A stretch of DNA of 64,000 bases from Hyalangium minutum (GTDB lineage Bacteria > Myxococcota > Myxococcia > Myxococcales > Myxococcaceae), in contig NZ_JMCB01000009.1 of assembly GCF_000737315.1 (NCBI RefSeq), positions 248,001-312,000 on the forward strand. The letters run 5' to 3'. The translations under genes were made by a program, and so were the position numbers. Shown in pieces: positions 1 to 10,178 of the stretch (its first letter is position 1; every line of letters begins with the position of its first letter). The notes under the pieces are model-generated. The model was not told the DNA's origin. It saw nothing but the letters and a program-made list of their open reading frames with translations, and made no database searches.

Positions 1-2430
1 CTCCTCGCTGAACTCGGGGAGGAGCCGGAGGTTCGCCAGCGCCGGGCAGCGGTCAATCCACTCCAGATCGATCAGCGCCGTGTCCGCCGCACGCCGCAGG
101 TACAGCAGCGCGCGCCGCGGCTCGTCCTTCAGGCACAGCACCTCCGTGGCGAGCTGACACATCATGGAGGCGAACCGGGGACTGAGCGGCTCCGCCAGCC
201 GGTCGTCGAACACCGCCATCGCGGCATCCACCGCGACTTCCCCCAGGATTGCGGCCGAGTACTCCGTCGCGTTGCGTGCAACCAGGGCGGGTTCCTTGCG
301 CAGTTCCTCGAGTGTGTATCGGACCTCATCGCGCTCGTTCAGCCAGGAGGCCACGCGCATGCGCAGGAGGAGCGTCGGGAGGTGGAGCAGCGGATAGCTC
401 ATCAGCTGCGCGAGCGTCTTCCGGTAGTCCTCCAGCCGCCCCCGGAGCGCGCTGCAGCGGGCGATCTCGTAGAGGGCGATGGACAGGTTGGGCTCCAGCT
501 CATAGGCCAGCCGCAGCCGCTCCATGCCCTCGTCCGCGCGCCCCGCCTCGCACTGGAGGCTGCCCAGGTACTGCAAGGCACCCGCGAACGTCGGCGCCGC
601 GTCCAGGGCCGAGCGCAGGGACACCACCGCCGTGCGCCAGTCACCCACCTGGGTCGCCATCATTCCCTTGGCCATCAGTGTCTCGGCCAGATCCGGCGCC
701 ACCCGGACGGCGCGCTCCACACTGGCCCGGGCCACGGCCGCCCAGTCGCGGGAGTGGTCCGCCGAGCGCATGAACCAGGCCCGCATCACGGAGACGGCGT
801 GCAGCGCCTGGGCCGGCAGGAACTCGGGGAACTCTTCGATGCATCGCTCCAGCGGGGAGATGAGCTCGTCGGGCATGACGCGGGGCATGGAGTACACCTG
901 GCTCAGCCCCTGCCGATACACCGCCATCGCCTCCGAAGAGACCTGGTCCCGGTAGGCGGCGATGAGCAGCTCGCTCCGGAGGGCCTCCGCCATGCGCCGG
1001 CCCAGCCGATCCTGCAGCGCGAACACGTCCTCGCCCGAGTCCTCGAAGCGCCCGCTCCAGAGCTGGATGCCCGAAGCCACATCCACCAGCCTCAGGGTGG
1101 CACGCACCGCCTTGCCCGCGCTCTGCACCGTGCCATCCGCCACGAGCCCCACGCCCAGCTCCCGCCCCACCACACGGGGATCGCGCTCGTTGCGGAAGCG
1201 CGCCGTGGCCCCGCTGCTCTGCACCTGGACGCCCCGGGTGCGCGCCAGCACGTCGATGACGACCTCGGTCAGCCCATCGCCCAGGTAGTCCTGATCGCGA
1301 GGCCCGATGAACCGCAGCGGCAGTACCGCCACCCCTTGCTCGGACGAGCGGAGAAAAGTCCGAGGCGTGGAACGAGCCACGCCAGCGCCCGTCACCGCGG
1401 GCTCCTCCCGGGTGGACGGCAGGGTCCTCGGCGTCGGCGGCGCGGTGGTGGATGTCCCCGAGCCCGGAGCGGGTGCACGAGGAACTGGCGTGCTTGTGGC
1501 CACCACCGCCTCGGTGGGCTCTCCCACCGAGTTCAGCCACGCCCGCAGCATCGCGGCCACCTCGAAGGCTCCGGATGGCCGCTCCTCGGGCTCTCGCGCC
1601 AGGCAGTTCCGCACCAGCAGGGCGAGCGTCTCCGGCACCCCCGGGCGCCCGGAAGGATCGGGAGGGGGCTGCCGCAGCCGGGCGAAGGCCACCGCCATGG
1701 GGGAGTCTCCGGTGAAGGGCGGCTCACCGGTGAGCATCTCGTAGAGCAGCAGACCCGCCGCGTACAAGTCCGAGCGGACCTCCACCACGCCACCGGAGAG
1801 CTGCTCCGGGGCCATGTACATGGGCGTGCCCACCATGCCCTGCGTGCGCGAGGCCGCCTCCCCCGCCATGGCCCGGGCGATGCCGAAGTCCGTGAGGACC
1901 ACCCGGCCGCCCTTCTCCACCAGCACGTTGGCGGGCTTGAGATCCCGGTGCACCACCCCCGCCGCATGCGCCGCGGCCAACCCCTCACACACCGCCAGTG
2001 CAATGCGCGCTGCCCGCCCCGCCCCCAGCGCCCGCTCCCGGCTCAGGAGCGCCTGCAGATCCTCGCCCTCCACGTACTCCATGGTGAGGAAGAGGTGCCC
2101 GCCGTGCTCGCCCAAGTCATGCGTGCGCGCCACGTGGGAGTGGGAGATGCGCCGGGCCAGCCGCACCTCGCGGCGGAAGCGCTCCAGCAGGTCCTCCCGC
2201 TGCGAGTCCTCCAGCTCCAGCATCTTCAAGGCGACCACGTCGCCCACCAGGGTGTCTCGGGCCCGGTACACGGTGCCCATGCCCCCTCGGCCAATCTTGC
2301 CCAGGAGCTCGTAGCGCCCCGCGAACAGGCCCGCGCCTCCCTCGGTTGCCACGCGTGGCGCCCCCGGAGAAGCCAAGACGGTATCGTTGCTGCTGAGCGG
2401 AGCGTCCGCTTTCTCGCGGTCCTCGGACAC
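1..2430 (-). CDS. Ser/Thr protein kinase with TolB-like domain and TPR-like C-terminus (3' end runs off the window)
   Basis: Translated by hand; absent from the ORF track because it has no stop in the window. GTG at 2430 gives VSEDREK...RYELLGKIGRGGMGTVYRARD...VALKML, HRDLKPANVL, LTDFGI, GTPMYMAPE, then VLPLRFIGPRDQDYLGDGLTEVVIDVL (TolB-like module) and helical repeats. Confidence 0.9.
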   Translation of the reverse strand, partial: MSEDREKADAPLSSNDTVLASPGAPRVATEGGAGLFAGRYELLGKIGRGGMGTVYRARDTLVGDVVALKMLELEDSQREDLLERFRREVRLARRISHSHVARTHDLGEHGGHLFLTMEYVEGEDLQALLSRERALGAGRAARIALAVCEGLAAAHAAGVVHRDLKPANVLVEKGGRVVLTDFGIARAMAGEAASRTQGMVGTPMYMAPEQLSGGVVEVRSDLYAAGLLLYEMLTGEPPFTGDSPMAVAFARLRQPPPDPSGRPGVPETLALLVRNCLAREPEERPSGAFEVAAMLRAWLNSVGEPTEAVVATSTPVPRAPAPGSGTSTTAPPTPRTLPSTREEPAVTGAGVARSTPRTFLRSSEQGVAVLPLRFIGPRDQDYLGDGLTEVVIDVLARTRGVQVQSSGATARFRNERDPRVVGRELGVGLVADGTVQSAGKAVRATLRLVDVASGIQLWSGRFEDSGEDVFALQDRLGRRMAEALRSELLIAAYRDQVSSEAMAVYRQGLSQVYSMPRVMPDELISPLERCIEEFPEFLPAQALHAVSVMRAWFMRSADHSRDWAAVARASVERAVRVAPDLAETLMAKGMMATQVGDWRTAVVSLRSALDAAPTFAGALQYLGSLQCEAGRADEGMERLRLAYELEPNLSIALYEIARCSALRGRLEDYRKTLAQLMSYPLLHLPTLLLRMRVASWLNERDEVRYTLEELRKEPALVARNATEYSAAILGEVAVDAAMAVFDDRLAEPLSPRFASMMCQLATEVLCLKDEPRRALLYLRRAADTALIDLEWIDRCPALANLRLLPEFSEE

Positions 2431-2580
2431 GGCCGCCGGAGTCTACCCCCCCGGCTCCCTCCCGCCCAACAAAGCGACATCCCCTGGGTTGGGAACGACC
2501 TGGCATGCAGGCAGCCGCCGATAGGGCCGTAGGGGCACCGCCACGCCGCCTCCACGCACTCAGTAGTAGGCTATAGCGCC

Positions 2581-5500
2581 ATGCCCCAGCGTGCAGGTTA
2601 CACGTTCCACGAGACGCTCCACGAGAGCACGCGCTCCATGCTCATCCGGGCCACTCGGCTGCGCGATTCACTCCCCGTCATCCTCAAGCTCCCGGGCGGG
2701 GACTACCTGGAGCGGCGCCGGACGCTGGAGATCCACCGCGAGCACGCCATCGCCCGCCGCGTGGAGGGCGAGGGCATCATCCGCGTGCTGGGGGTTGAGG
2801 ACCTGACCGACCGGGTGGCGCTGGTTCTGGAGGACTTCGGAGGCCGCTCGCTGCGGCACCTGCTGGATGAGCGCGGCCCGTTGGATGTGGAAACGTTCCT
2901 GGACTACGCGCTGCGCATCAGCGCGGCCCTGGGGCACATCCACCGAGCGGGCGTCATCCACAAGGACATCAAGCCGCAGAACATCATCGCCAACCCGAAC
3001 ACGGGGATGGTGAAGATCGCCGACTTCTCCATCTCCGTGGCCATCGCAGTGGAGGCGGTGAGCCCGGACAGCCCCACGTTCCTGACGGGGACGCTGGCGT
3101 ACATGGCGCCGGAGCAGACGGGACGCATGAACCGCGGGGTGGACTACCGCGCGGACTTCTACGCACTGGGCGCCACCTTCTTCGAGCTGCTGACGAACCG
3201 CCGGCCCTTCGAGTCCACCGAGCCGCTCGAGCTGCTCCACGCACACGTGGCGCAGGTGGCGCCCTCCCCTCGGGAGATCATCCCCTCCATCCCCGAGCCT
3301 GTGTCCGCCATCGTCGTCAAGCTGCTGGCCAAGGATCCGGACGCGCGCTACCAGAGCGCGTGGGGGCTCATCTCGGATCTGGAGGAGTGCCAGCGCCGCG
3401 TGAAGGCGAAGACACCCCTCACCTCCTTCCCGCTCGGAATCCTCGACCGGACGGTGCAGTTCCGGCTGCCGCAGGGGCTCTACGGCCGGGCGGCGGATGT
3501 GGAGCAGTTGGCCGCCGCGCACGCCAAGGCTGCCTTGGGCCGAGGGGAGTTGCTGCTCATCTCGGGCTCGGCGGGCATCGGCAAGTCCTCGCTCGTCAAC
3601 GAGCTGCACCGGGTGACGGCTGCGAGCCGTGGCCGCTTCACCTCGGGCAAGTGCGATCAGATCAACCGAGGCGTGCCCTTCGACGCCGTCCATCAGGCGC
3701 TGCGGCAGTTGGTGAAGCAGGCGCTCGCCGAGGGCGAGGCGGAGGCGGAGGCGGCGCGCAAGCAACTGGACGCGGCGCTGGGGGTGAACACCGCAGTGCT
3801 CGTCGAGGCCGTGCCGGAGATGCGCTCGCTGCTGGGCGATCAGCCTCCGTCGGCTCCCCTGCCCGCCGCCGAGTCCAAGAACCGTCTGCACCGGGTGCTG
3901 CTCAAGGCGCTGGAGGCCTTCGCCACCGCCGAGCGCCCACTGGTGGTGTTCCTGGACGATCTGCAGTGGGCGGACGTGGCCACGCTGTCGCTGCTCCAAG
4001 AGCTGGTGCGCGATCCGGATTGCCTGTACCTGCTACCGGTGGGGACCTACCGAGACACCGAGATGCCCTCGTCTCACCCGCTCGCGCTGGCCATGGACGA
4101 GCTGCGCGCCACCCACACGCCCGTGCACGAGCTGCACCTGGGGCCACTGGCTCCCGAGGATGTGGCGAGAATGGTGCGCGAGGCCACAGGCGCGGACACG
4201 GGGCGGGCGCTGGGGCTGGGCCACCTCATCCACTCGCGCACGGGCGGCAACCCCTTCTCCATCCGCGAGTTCCTCCGCTTCCTGCACGATCAGCAGCTGA
4301 TCCAGTTCAACACGCGCGCCAGCCGGTGGGAGTGGGATCTGGCGAAAATCGAGGCGCGGGAGATCCCCAGCGACATCGCCGGGATGATGGCGGACGAGCT
4401 GCGGCGCCTGTCGCCGGAGACGTGCGATCTGCTGCAGCTGGCCGCCTGCCTGGGCGTGGTGTTCAGCTTCCGCGATCTCATGGTGGTACACGGGGCGTCG
4501 TCCCGGGACACGGCGAAGACGCTGTGGAGCGCATTGGAGCAGGGCTTCGTGCTGCCGCTGAGCAAGGACTACCTGCTGCTGGATCCGGAGGGCGGCACGC
4601 CGCTGCTGGCAGATCTGGAGGTGTCCTTCCGCTTCCTGCATGACCGGGTGCGCCAGGCGGCGTACTCGCTGCGGCCCGCACCCGAGCGCGCCGAGCGCCA
4701 CACGCAGGTGGGCCTGCGGCTGCTGGAGGACGCACGGGCCACGGCGACGCTGGAGGAACGGGCCTTCGTCATCCTGCCGCACCTGGCGTACGCGCCGGAG
4801 AAGATCGAGCCGCTCGCGCTGCGGATGGACCTGGCGGACATCCACCTGAGGGCGGGGCGCCGGGCGAAGGCGTCTGGCGCCTACAAGACGGCCTGCGAGC
4901 TGTTCCGGGCGGGCAATACGCTGCTGGGGGCCTCGGCGTGGGAGACGGAGTACGACCGGGCCTTCACGCTCCAGTTGGAGCTGGCCGAGTCCCATTACCT
5001 GGCGAGCGAGCTGGATGCGGCGTCTGCGGGCTTCTCCACGCTGATGAAGCAGGCGCGCACGCCCGCGCAGAAGGCGACCGTCATCGCGATGCAGGCCAAC
5101 CTGGCGTCGCTCACCAGCCAGCACACGGAGGCGATCCGGGTGGGGCTGGAGGGGCTGCGGCTGCTCGGGGTGGAGATCCCCACCACGGTGGGCCAGGCGG
5201 AGATTGGGGCGGAGATCGGCGCGGTGATGCAGTTGCTGGGGGGCCGCAAGCCCTCGGAGCTGCTGGCGCTGCCGAAGATGAAGGATCCAAACGTGGAGCT
5301 GTCGATCGGCCTGCTGGCCGCGATCGCCGCGTCCGCGTACATGGCGGACCAGGGGCTGTTCGCGCTGCTGGTGCTGCGGATCGTCCGGCTCTCGCTGGAG
5401 CACGGTAACAGCCGGCTGTCCTCGTTCGGCTACGTCATCTACGGGGTGCTGCTGGCGGCGGCGCTGGATGATCCCGGGACGGGCCGGGAGTTTGGCCAGC

Positions 5501-7992
5501 TGGCGGTGGAGCTGTCAGCGCGCTTCCGGGATCCGATGCTGCACGCGCGAGTGCGCTACCTGCGGGCGGGGCTGATTGACCAGTGGACGCGCGGGGCCCG
5601 AGCAGGCGTGGCGGAGCTGACCGAGGCGTACAAGGGGCTGATGGAGAGCGGGGACTGGCTCTACGCGGGGCACTGCATCACCGTGCGGCTCTGGCGGCGG
5701 GTGGCGGTGGGAGATCCGCTGCCGGAGATCCTGAACGAGAACCGGCGGTTCATCGAGTTCATCGAGGCGAAGAAGGATCCGGACTCGCTGCAGATGTTCC
5801 TGAGCACGCACCGGACGCTGCTGGCGCTGATGGGCGAGGAGGCGCCGCCGGTGGCTCCGGCCACCACTGCGGGGCACACGGCACAGGCCTACGTGTATCT
5901 GGCGGCGGCCGAGCGGCACTTCCTGATGCGGCAACCAGAGGAAGCGCTGGCGAAGGCGGAAGAGACGGTACCGCTGCTGCCGTTCATCTCGGGCCTCTTC
6001 CACGTGGCCACGCATGCGTTCTACCACGCAATGAGCGCGGCGGCGGTGTACGGGGAGGCGAGCGCGGAGCGGAAGGAGGCGCTGCTGCAGGTGATGGAGC
6101 AGCACCGTGCGTCGTTGGAAAAGTACGCGAGCCGGTGCCCCGAGAATTTCTCGCCACACCACCGGCTGGTGAGCGCGGAGCTTCACCGGCTGAAGGGGCA
6201 AGATCCCGAGGCGCTGGCCGAGTACGAGCGTGCCGTCGCGGCGGCGCGGGCCAGCGAGTTCCTGGGGGTGGAAGCGATCGCGTGCGAGCAGGCCTTCCGG
6301 TTCTTGCAGGCGGAGGGCCGTCACTTGCAGGCCTCAGCATACCTGCTCGAGGCGCTCTACGCGTACGAGCGTTGGGGGGCCACGGCAAAGGCGCGGCTGC
6401 TTCAGGCCGAGCAGTCCAACCATCTGCTCTCTCACGGAAGCGCGCTGCGGCGCTGGGATGGCAAGCCCCGGCCGACGACGGGCTCGACGCACCCCACGCT
6501 GCAAACGGGGGGCAGCTCGACACACCAGACGACGTCGGACTCGATGGCCGAGGCGCTGGACATGACGTCGGCGATGAAGGCATCGCAGGCGATCTCCAGC
6601 GAGATCTTGTTCCCGCAGCTGGTGGCGAACCTGATCCACGTGGTGATGGAGAGTGCGGGGGCGCAGCGGGGCGTGCTGGTGCTGCGGCGAGGCCAGGAGT
6701 TCTTCGTCGAGGCCACGGGGGAGATCAGCAACCGGGAGAACGCGACCGAGAAGGAAGCCGAGCCCCTGGCGCAGAGCAAGGTGCTCTGCCACGGCATCGT
6801 GAGCCAGGTGCTGCAGAGCGGCGCGCATGCGCTGCTGGATGACGTGCTGGCAACGGATCCATGGCGCACCGATCCGTACGTGGTGGAGCACAAGGTGCGG
6901 TCGGTGATGTGCTCGCCGATCCGGCACCGCGGGCAGGTGCTGGGGCTGTTCTATCTGGAGAACAACCTGACGTCGGGGGCGTTCAACACGAACCGGCTGA
7001 AGATGATCGAGATGCTGACGTCGCAGGCGGCGATCTCGATCGAGAACGCGGAGCTGTACCGGCGGCTCGAGGATTACAGCCACACCCTGGAGGATCGGGT
7101 GGCGGACCGGACGGCGGAGCTGCACAGCAAGAACGCAGAGCTACACCGGGCGGTGGAGACGCTGAAGGCGATGCAGCAGCAGGTCGTGACACAGGAGAAG
7201 CTGGCGTCGCTGGGAGCGCTGACGGCGGGTATCGCGCACGAGCTGAAGAACCCATTGAACTTCGTGAGCAACTTCGCGGTGCTGTCGAACGAGCGGGTGC
7301 GCGAGCTGCGGGAGGTGGTGCCCACGGCGCAGCCGATGACGCCCATCCAGAAGCAGGACTTCGAGGACATCCTGAGCGAGCTGGAGCTGAACACGCGGAA
7401 GATCCGCGAGCATGGCCAGCGGGCGGTGGGGATCATCGACGGGATGCTGCAGCACGCACGGGGCGGGAAGCGTGGGGACAAGCGGTCGACGAACGTAAAC
7501 CAGCTGGTGGAGGAGGCAGTGCGGCTGGTGCACCACGGGCTGAAGGCGAAGAGCACGCGGCGCAACGTGGTGATCGAGACATCGTTCGACGCGACGGTGC
7601 CGGAAGTGAACCTGGTCTCGGACGACATCCGGCGGGTGGTGCTGAACCTGGTGGACAACGCGTGCTACGCGGCGAGCGATAAGGCGCAGCAGCCGGGGAG
7701 CAAGGAAGAAGCGCGGGTCCGGGTAACGACGCGCTGGACGGGGAAGGACGTGGAGATCCGGGTACGGGACAACGGGAAGGGGATCTCGGCGACACAGAAG
7801 GAGAAGCTCTTCACACCGTTCTTCACGACGAAGCCCGCGGGAGAAGGCACGGGCCTAGGGTTGTCGATCAGCCACGAGATCGTGGTGGTGTCCCTGGGCG
7901 GCAAGCTGTCGGTGGAGTCCGAGGAGGGCAAGTACGCGGAGTTCATCGTGATGCTGCCGGGAGAGGGGCTGCGCGCCAGCCCTCCGGTCTGA
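2581..7992 (+). CDS. Hybrid Ser/Thr kinase - AAA ATPase - helical region - GAF - histidine kinase (1803 aa)
   Basis: [20 protein letters not shown]; Walker A GSAGIGKS and Walker B [11 protein letters not shown]; GAF ([21 protein letters not shown]); H-box [10 protein letters not shown], N-box NLVDNA, DNGKGI, FTTK, GTGLGL. Confidence 0.93.
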   Translation: [1803 protein letters not shown]

Positions 7993-8012
7993 CTCTGACA
8001 GTCCAGGGAAGC

Positions 8013-10166
8013 TCAGAAGTCGCTCTCCCCGGCAATGTGCTCCGGGTACCCCGAGATGGCCTGTGAGGCCTGGAGCCCGGACATCACCGCCGCCTCCACG
8101 CAGCCGCAGTTGAGCCCCGTCAGCGTCCAGTCTCCCGCCAGATACAGGTTCGGATAGTCCGAGTCGTGTGAGCCCAACCGCGCGGCCGTCGAGCCCGGCG
8201 GGGACATCACGTACCGCTCGCTCGGATCGATGTTCGCCCGCCAGAACTGGCTGTCGAACCGTGCCACGCCCTTCGCCCCGCTCGGAGCCACCAGCAGTTC
8301 CCAGTCCAGCGCCGTGGGGTTGTACTGCGTCGCCTTCGGCCACAGCGTCCCGATCCACTCCCGCAGCCACTGCACCGAGAGCTGCTTCAGCCGCTCGTGC
8401 TCCCGCCGCGGGAAGTCATGGTCCGTGAACGGAGGAATCACCGGCGCGTCCACCAGCGGCGCCGTGAAGTACGCGATGTCCTTCACCGTCCCCCCCGCCC
8501 ACTTCTCCCGAGGAATCACCTGGGCCATGTCCGCGTACGTGTTCAGCGGCTCGGCGTAGCCCGTCATCACTGTCGGGTCTTCCTTCCACCCCAGCTCCGC
8601 GAGCGACTTCGACAGCCACAGCTGCACGCCCAGCGTCTGGTTCGTCTGCAGCGCCTCGACCATCCGCTTCCACCGGTCGCTGTGCGCCATCAACTCCGAG
8701 GCCACATACGGGAACGCCCCCAGTGAGATCCCCATCACCAGCACGTCGTAGTCCCGGCCCCTCTCCAGCGTCACCGGCTGCTCGCCCTTCCACGGCCGCG
8801 CCCAGGACGACTCCAGGTTGATCCCAGACGCCTCCAGCTCCTGACCATCCACGATCTGATCGTACTGCGGCCGATCCGGCCAGCAGGGCAGCCCCAGCAC
8901 ATCCACCAGCGGCTGATACCCCGCCGCCGGGTTCTTCAGCTCCACCTGCCGCGTCATCTCCACCCGGTCCACATTCCGCGTGAGCGAATGCACGCGCAGC
9001 TGGTTCACCTTGTGGAAAAAGTGGAACTGAACCCCGCGCCGCTTGAGCACCTCGTACAGGGGCGTGAAGACCACGTCGCCCATGCCCGCGCGCATCTTGT
9101 AGAAGACCGCTCCCTTGTAGTTCAGCGCCATGCGCACCATGAAGCGCGCCGCCACCCCTGCCGCGAGCAGCTGCCGGTGCGGGTGGCCCTGAACGTACGC
9201 GAACAGCAGCTGGTACATCCCCTTCACCAGCGGCGAGCGGTACAGCGTGAAGTCACTGGCCCCGTGGCGCTTCAGCCACGCCCGGAAGTCCTCGCCGTCG
9301 ATGGCATTGAAGCCCGTGCGCAGCACTCCATCCTTCAGCACCCCGCGCGCCAGCACGAGCCCCAGCTCCAGGATCGCCCAGATCTTCCGGACCGAGCTGT
9401 TCTCCAGATTCCGCGTGAACCGCGCGGACAGCCGCGCCAGCACCTCCTCCAGCAGCCACACGAGCGCCTCGACCTGCCCCGGATCCTGCTCCCCCGGGAA
9501 CCGCGGCAACCGAGCCGCCAGCAGCTGCGCCAGTTGCAGCGTCCGCCCAATGCCCGGCACACCGGCCTTCGGGAAGATCGACAGCCCCAGCGCCCGCAGC
9601 ACACCCTCCACTCGCGATGGCAGCGCATCCGGAGCCGGCGTCGCCGCCGCGAGCCCCGCTCCCGGCGCCTGGTTCAGCAGGTTCAGCAGCGCCTGCAGCC
9701 CGCGCTCCAGATACGTGACGAGCGTCGGCAGATCTTCCCCCTCCCCCGTCCCCGGCTCTTCCGAGTTGGTGGCGAACGGAAAATCCCAGTCCCCCCACCC
9801 TGTCGCCGTGCGCTCGAAGAGCGTAATCAGCGACTGCTTCTTGAAGGCCTCGTCCACCGTGGCGAGCGGCGCACCCTTGGGCCGCCCCAGCTCCTGGTAG
9901 GCCTGGCGCATCACCCGGAACGCGTTCTCGTAGTGCCCCATCCACACATGGAGGCCGTGCTCCTCGATGCGCTGGCTCGCGTCCTTGTTCCGCCCGCTGG
10001 CGCCCTTGCCTCCGAGCCGCCACCCCAAGCTGTAGAGGCTGATCTCGTAGTGGTCCTGCCAGCCGGGGTAGTTCGTCAGCCCAAACGCGGCCGTCATCGC
10101 GCCCACGCCGCCCCCCAAGATGACGATCTTGCGCTTCCGTCCCCGCACCTGCTGTTCCGTGCTCAT
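8013..10166 (-). CDS. FAD/NAD(P)-binding oxidoreductase, amine-oxidase/carotenoid-desaturase-like superfamily (717 aa)
   Basis: N-terminal Rossmann GGGVGAMTAA, LGWRLGGKGASGR, EEHGLHVWMGHYENAF; C-terminal NLYLAGDW...GCVEAAVMSG. Confidence 0.85.
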   Translation of the reverse strand: MSTEQQVRGRKRKIVILGGGVGAMTAAFGLTNYPGWQDHYEISLYSLGWRLGGKGASGRNKDASQRIEEHGLHVWMGHYENAFRVMRQAYQELGRPKGAPLATVDEAFKKQSLITLFERTATGWGDWDFPFATNSEEPGTGEGEDLPTLVTYLERGLQALLNLLNQAPGAGLAAATPAPDALPSRVEGVLRALGLSIFPKAGVPGIGRTLQLAQLLAARLPRFPGEQDPGQVEALVWLLEEVLARLSARFTRNLENSSVRKIWAILELGLVLARGVLKDGVLRTGFNAIDGEDFRAWLKRHGASDFTLYRSPLVKGMYQLLFAYVQGHPHRQLLAAGVAARFMVRMALNYKGAVFYKMRAGMGDVVFTPLYEVLKRRGVQFHFFHKVNQLRVHSLTRNVDRVEMTRQVELKNPAAGYQPLVDVLGLPCWPDRPQYDQIVDGQELEASGINLESSWARPWKGEQPVTLERGRDYDVLVMGISLGAFPYVASELMAHSDRWKRMVEALQTNQTLGVQLWLSKSLAELGWKEDPTVMTGYAEPLNTYADMAQVIPREKWAGGTVKDIAYFTAPLVDAPVIPPFTDHDFPRREHERLKQLSVQWLREWIGTLWPKATQYNPTALDWELLVAPSGAKGVARFDSQFWRANIDPSERYVMSPPGSTAARLGSHDSDYPNLYLAGDWTLTGLNCGCVEAAVMSGLQASQAISGYPEHIAGESDF

Positions 10167-10178
10167 GGATGTCGTGCC

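Noticed and set aside
2501-2516. TGGCATGCAGGCAGCC as a sigma54 promoter for the hybrid kinase
   Set aside because: GG-N10-GC spacing is right but the -12 box (CAGC) is poor; likely chance.
382-2532. 716-aa plus-strand ORF
   Set aside because: Antisense shadow of the minus-strand kinase; no motifs. Long shadow ORFs are expected with high GC3.
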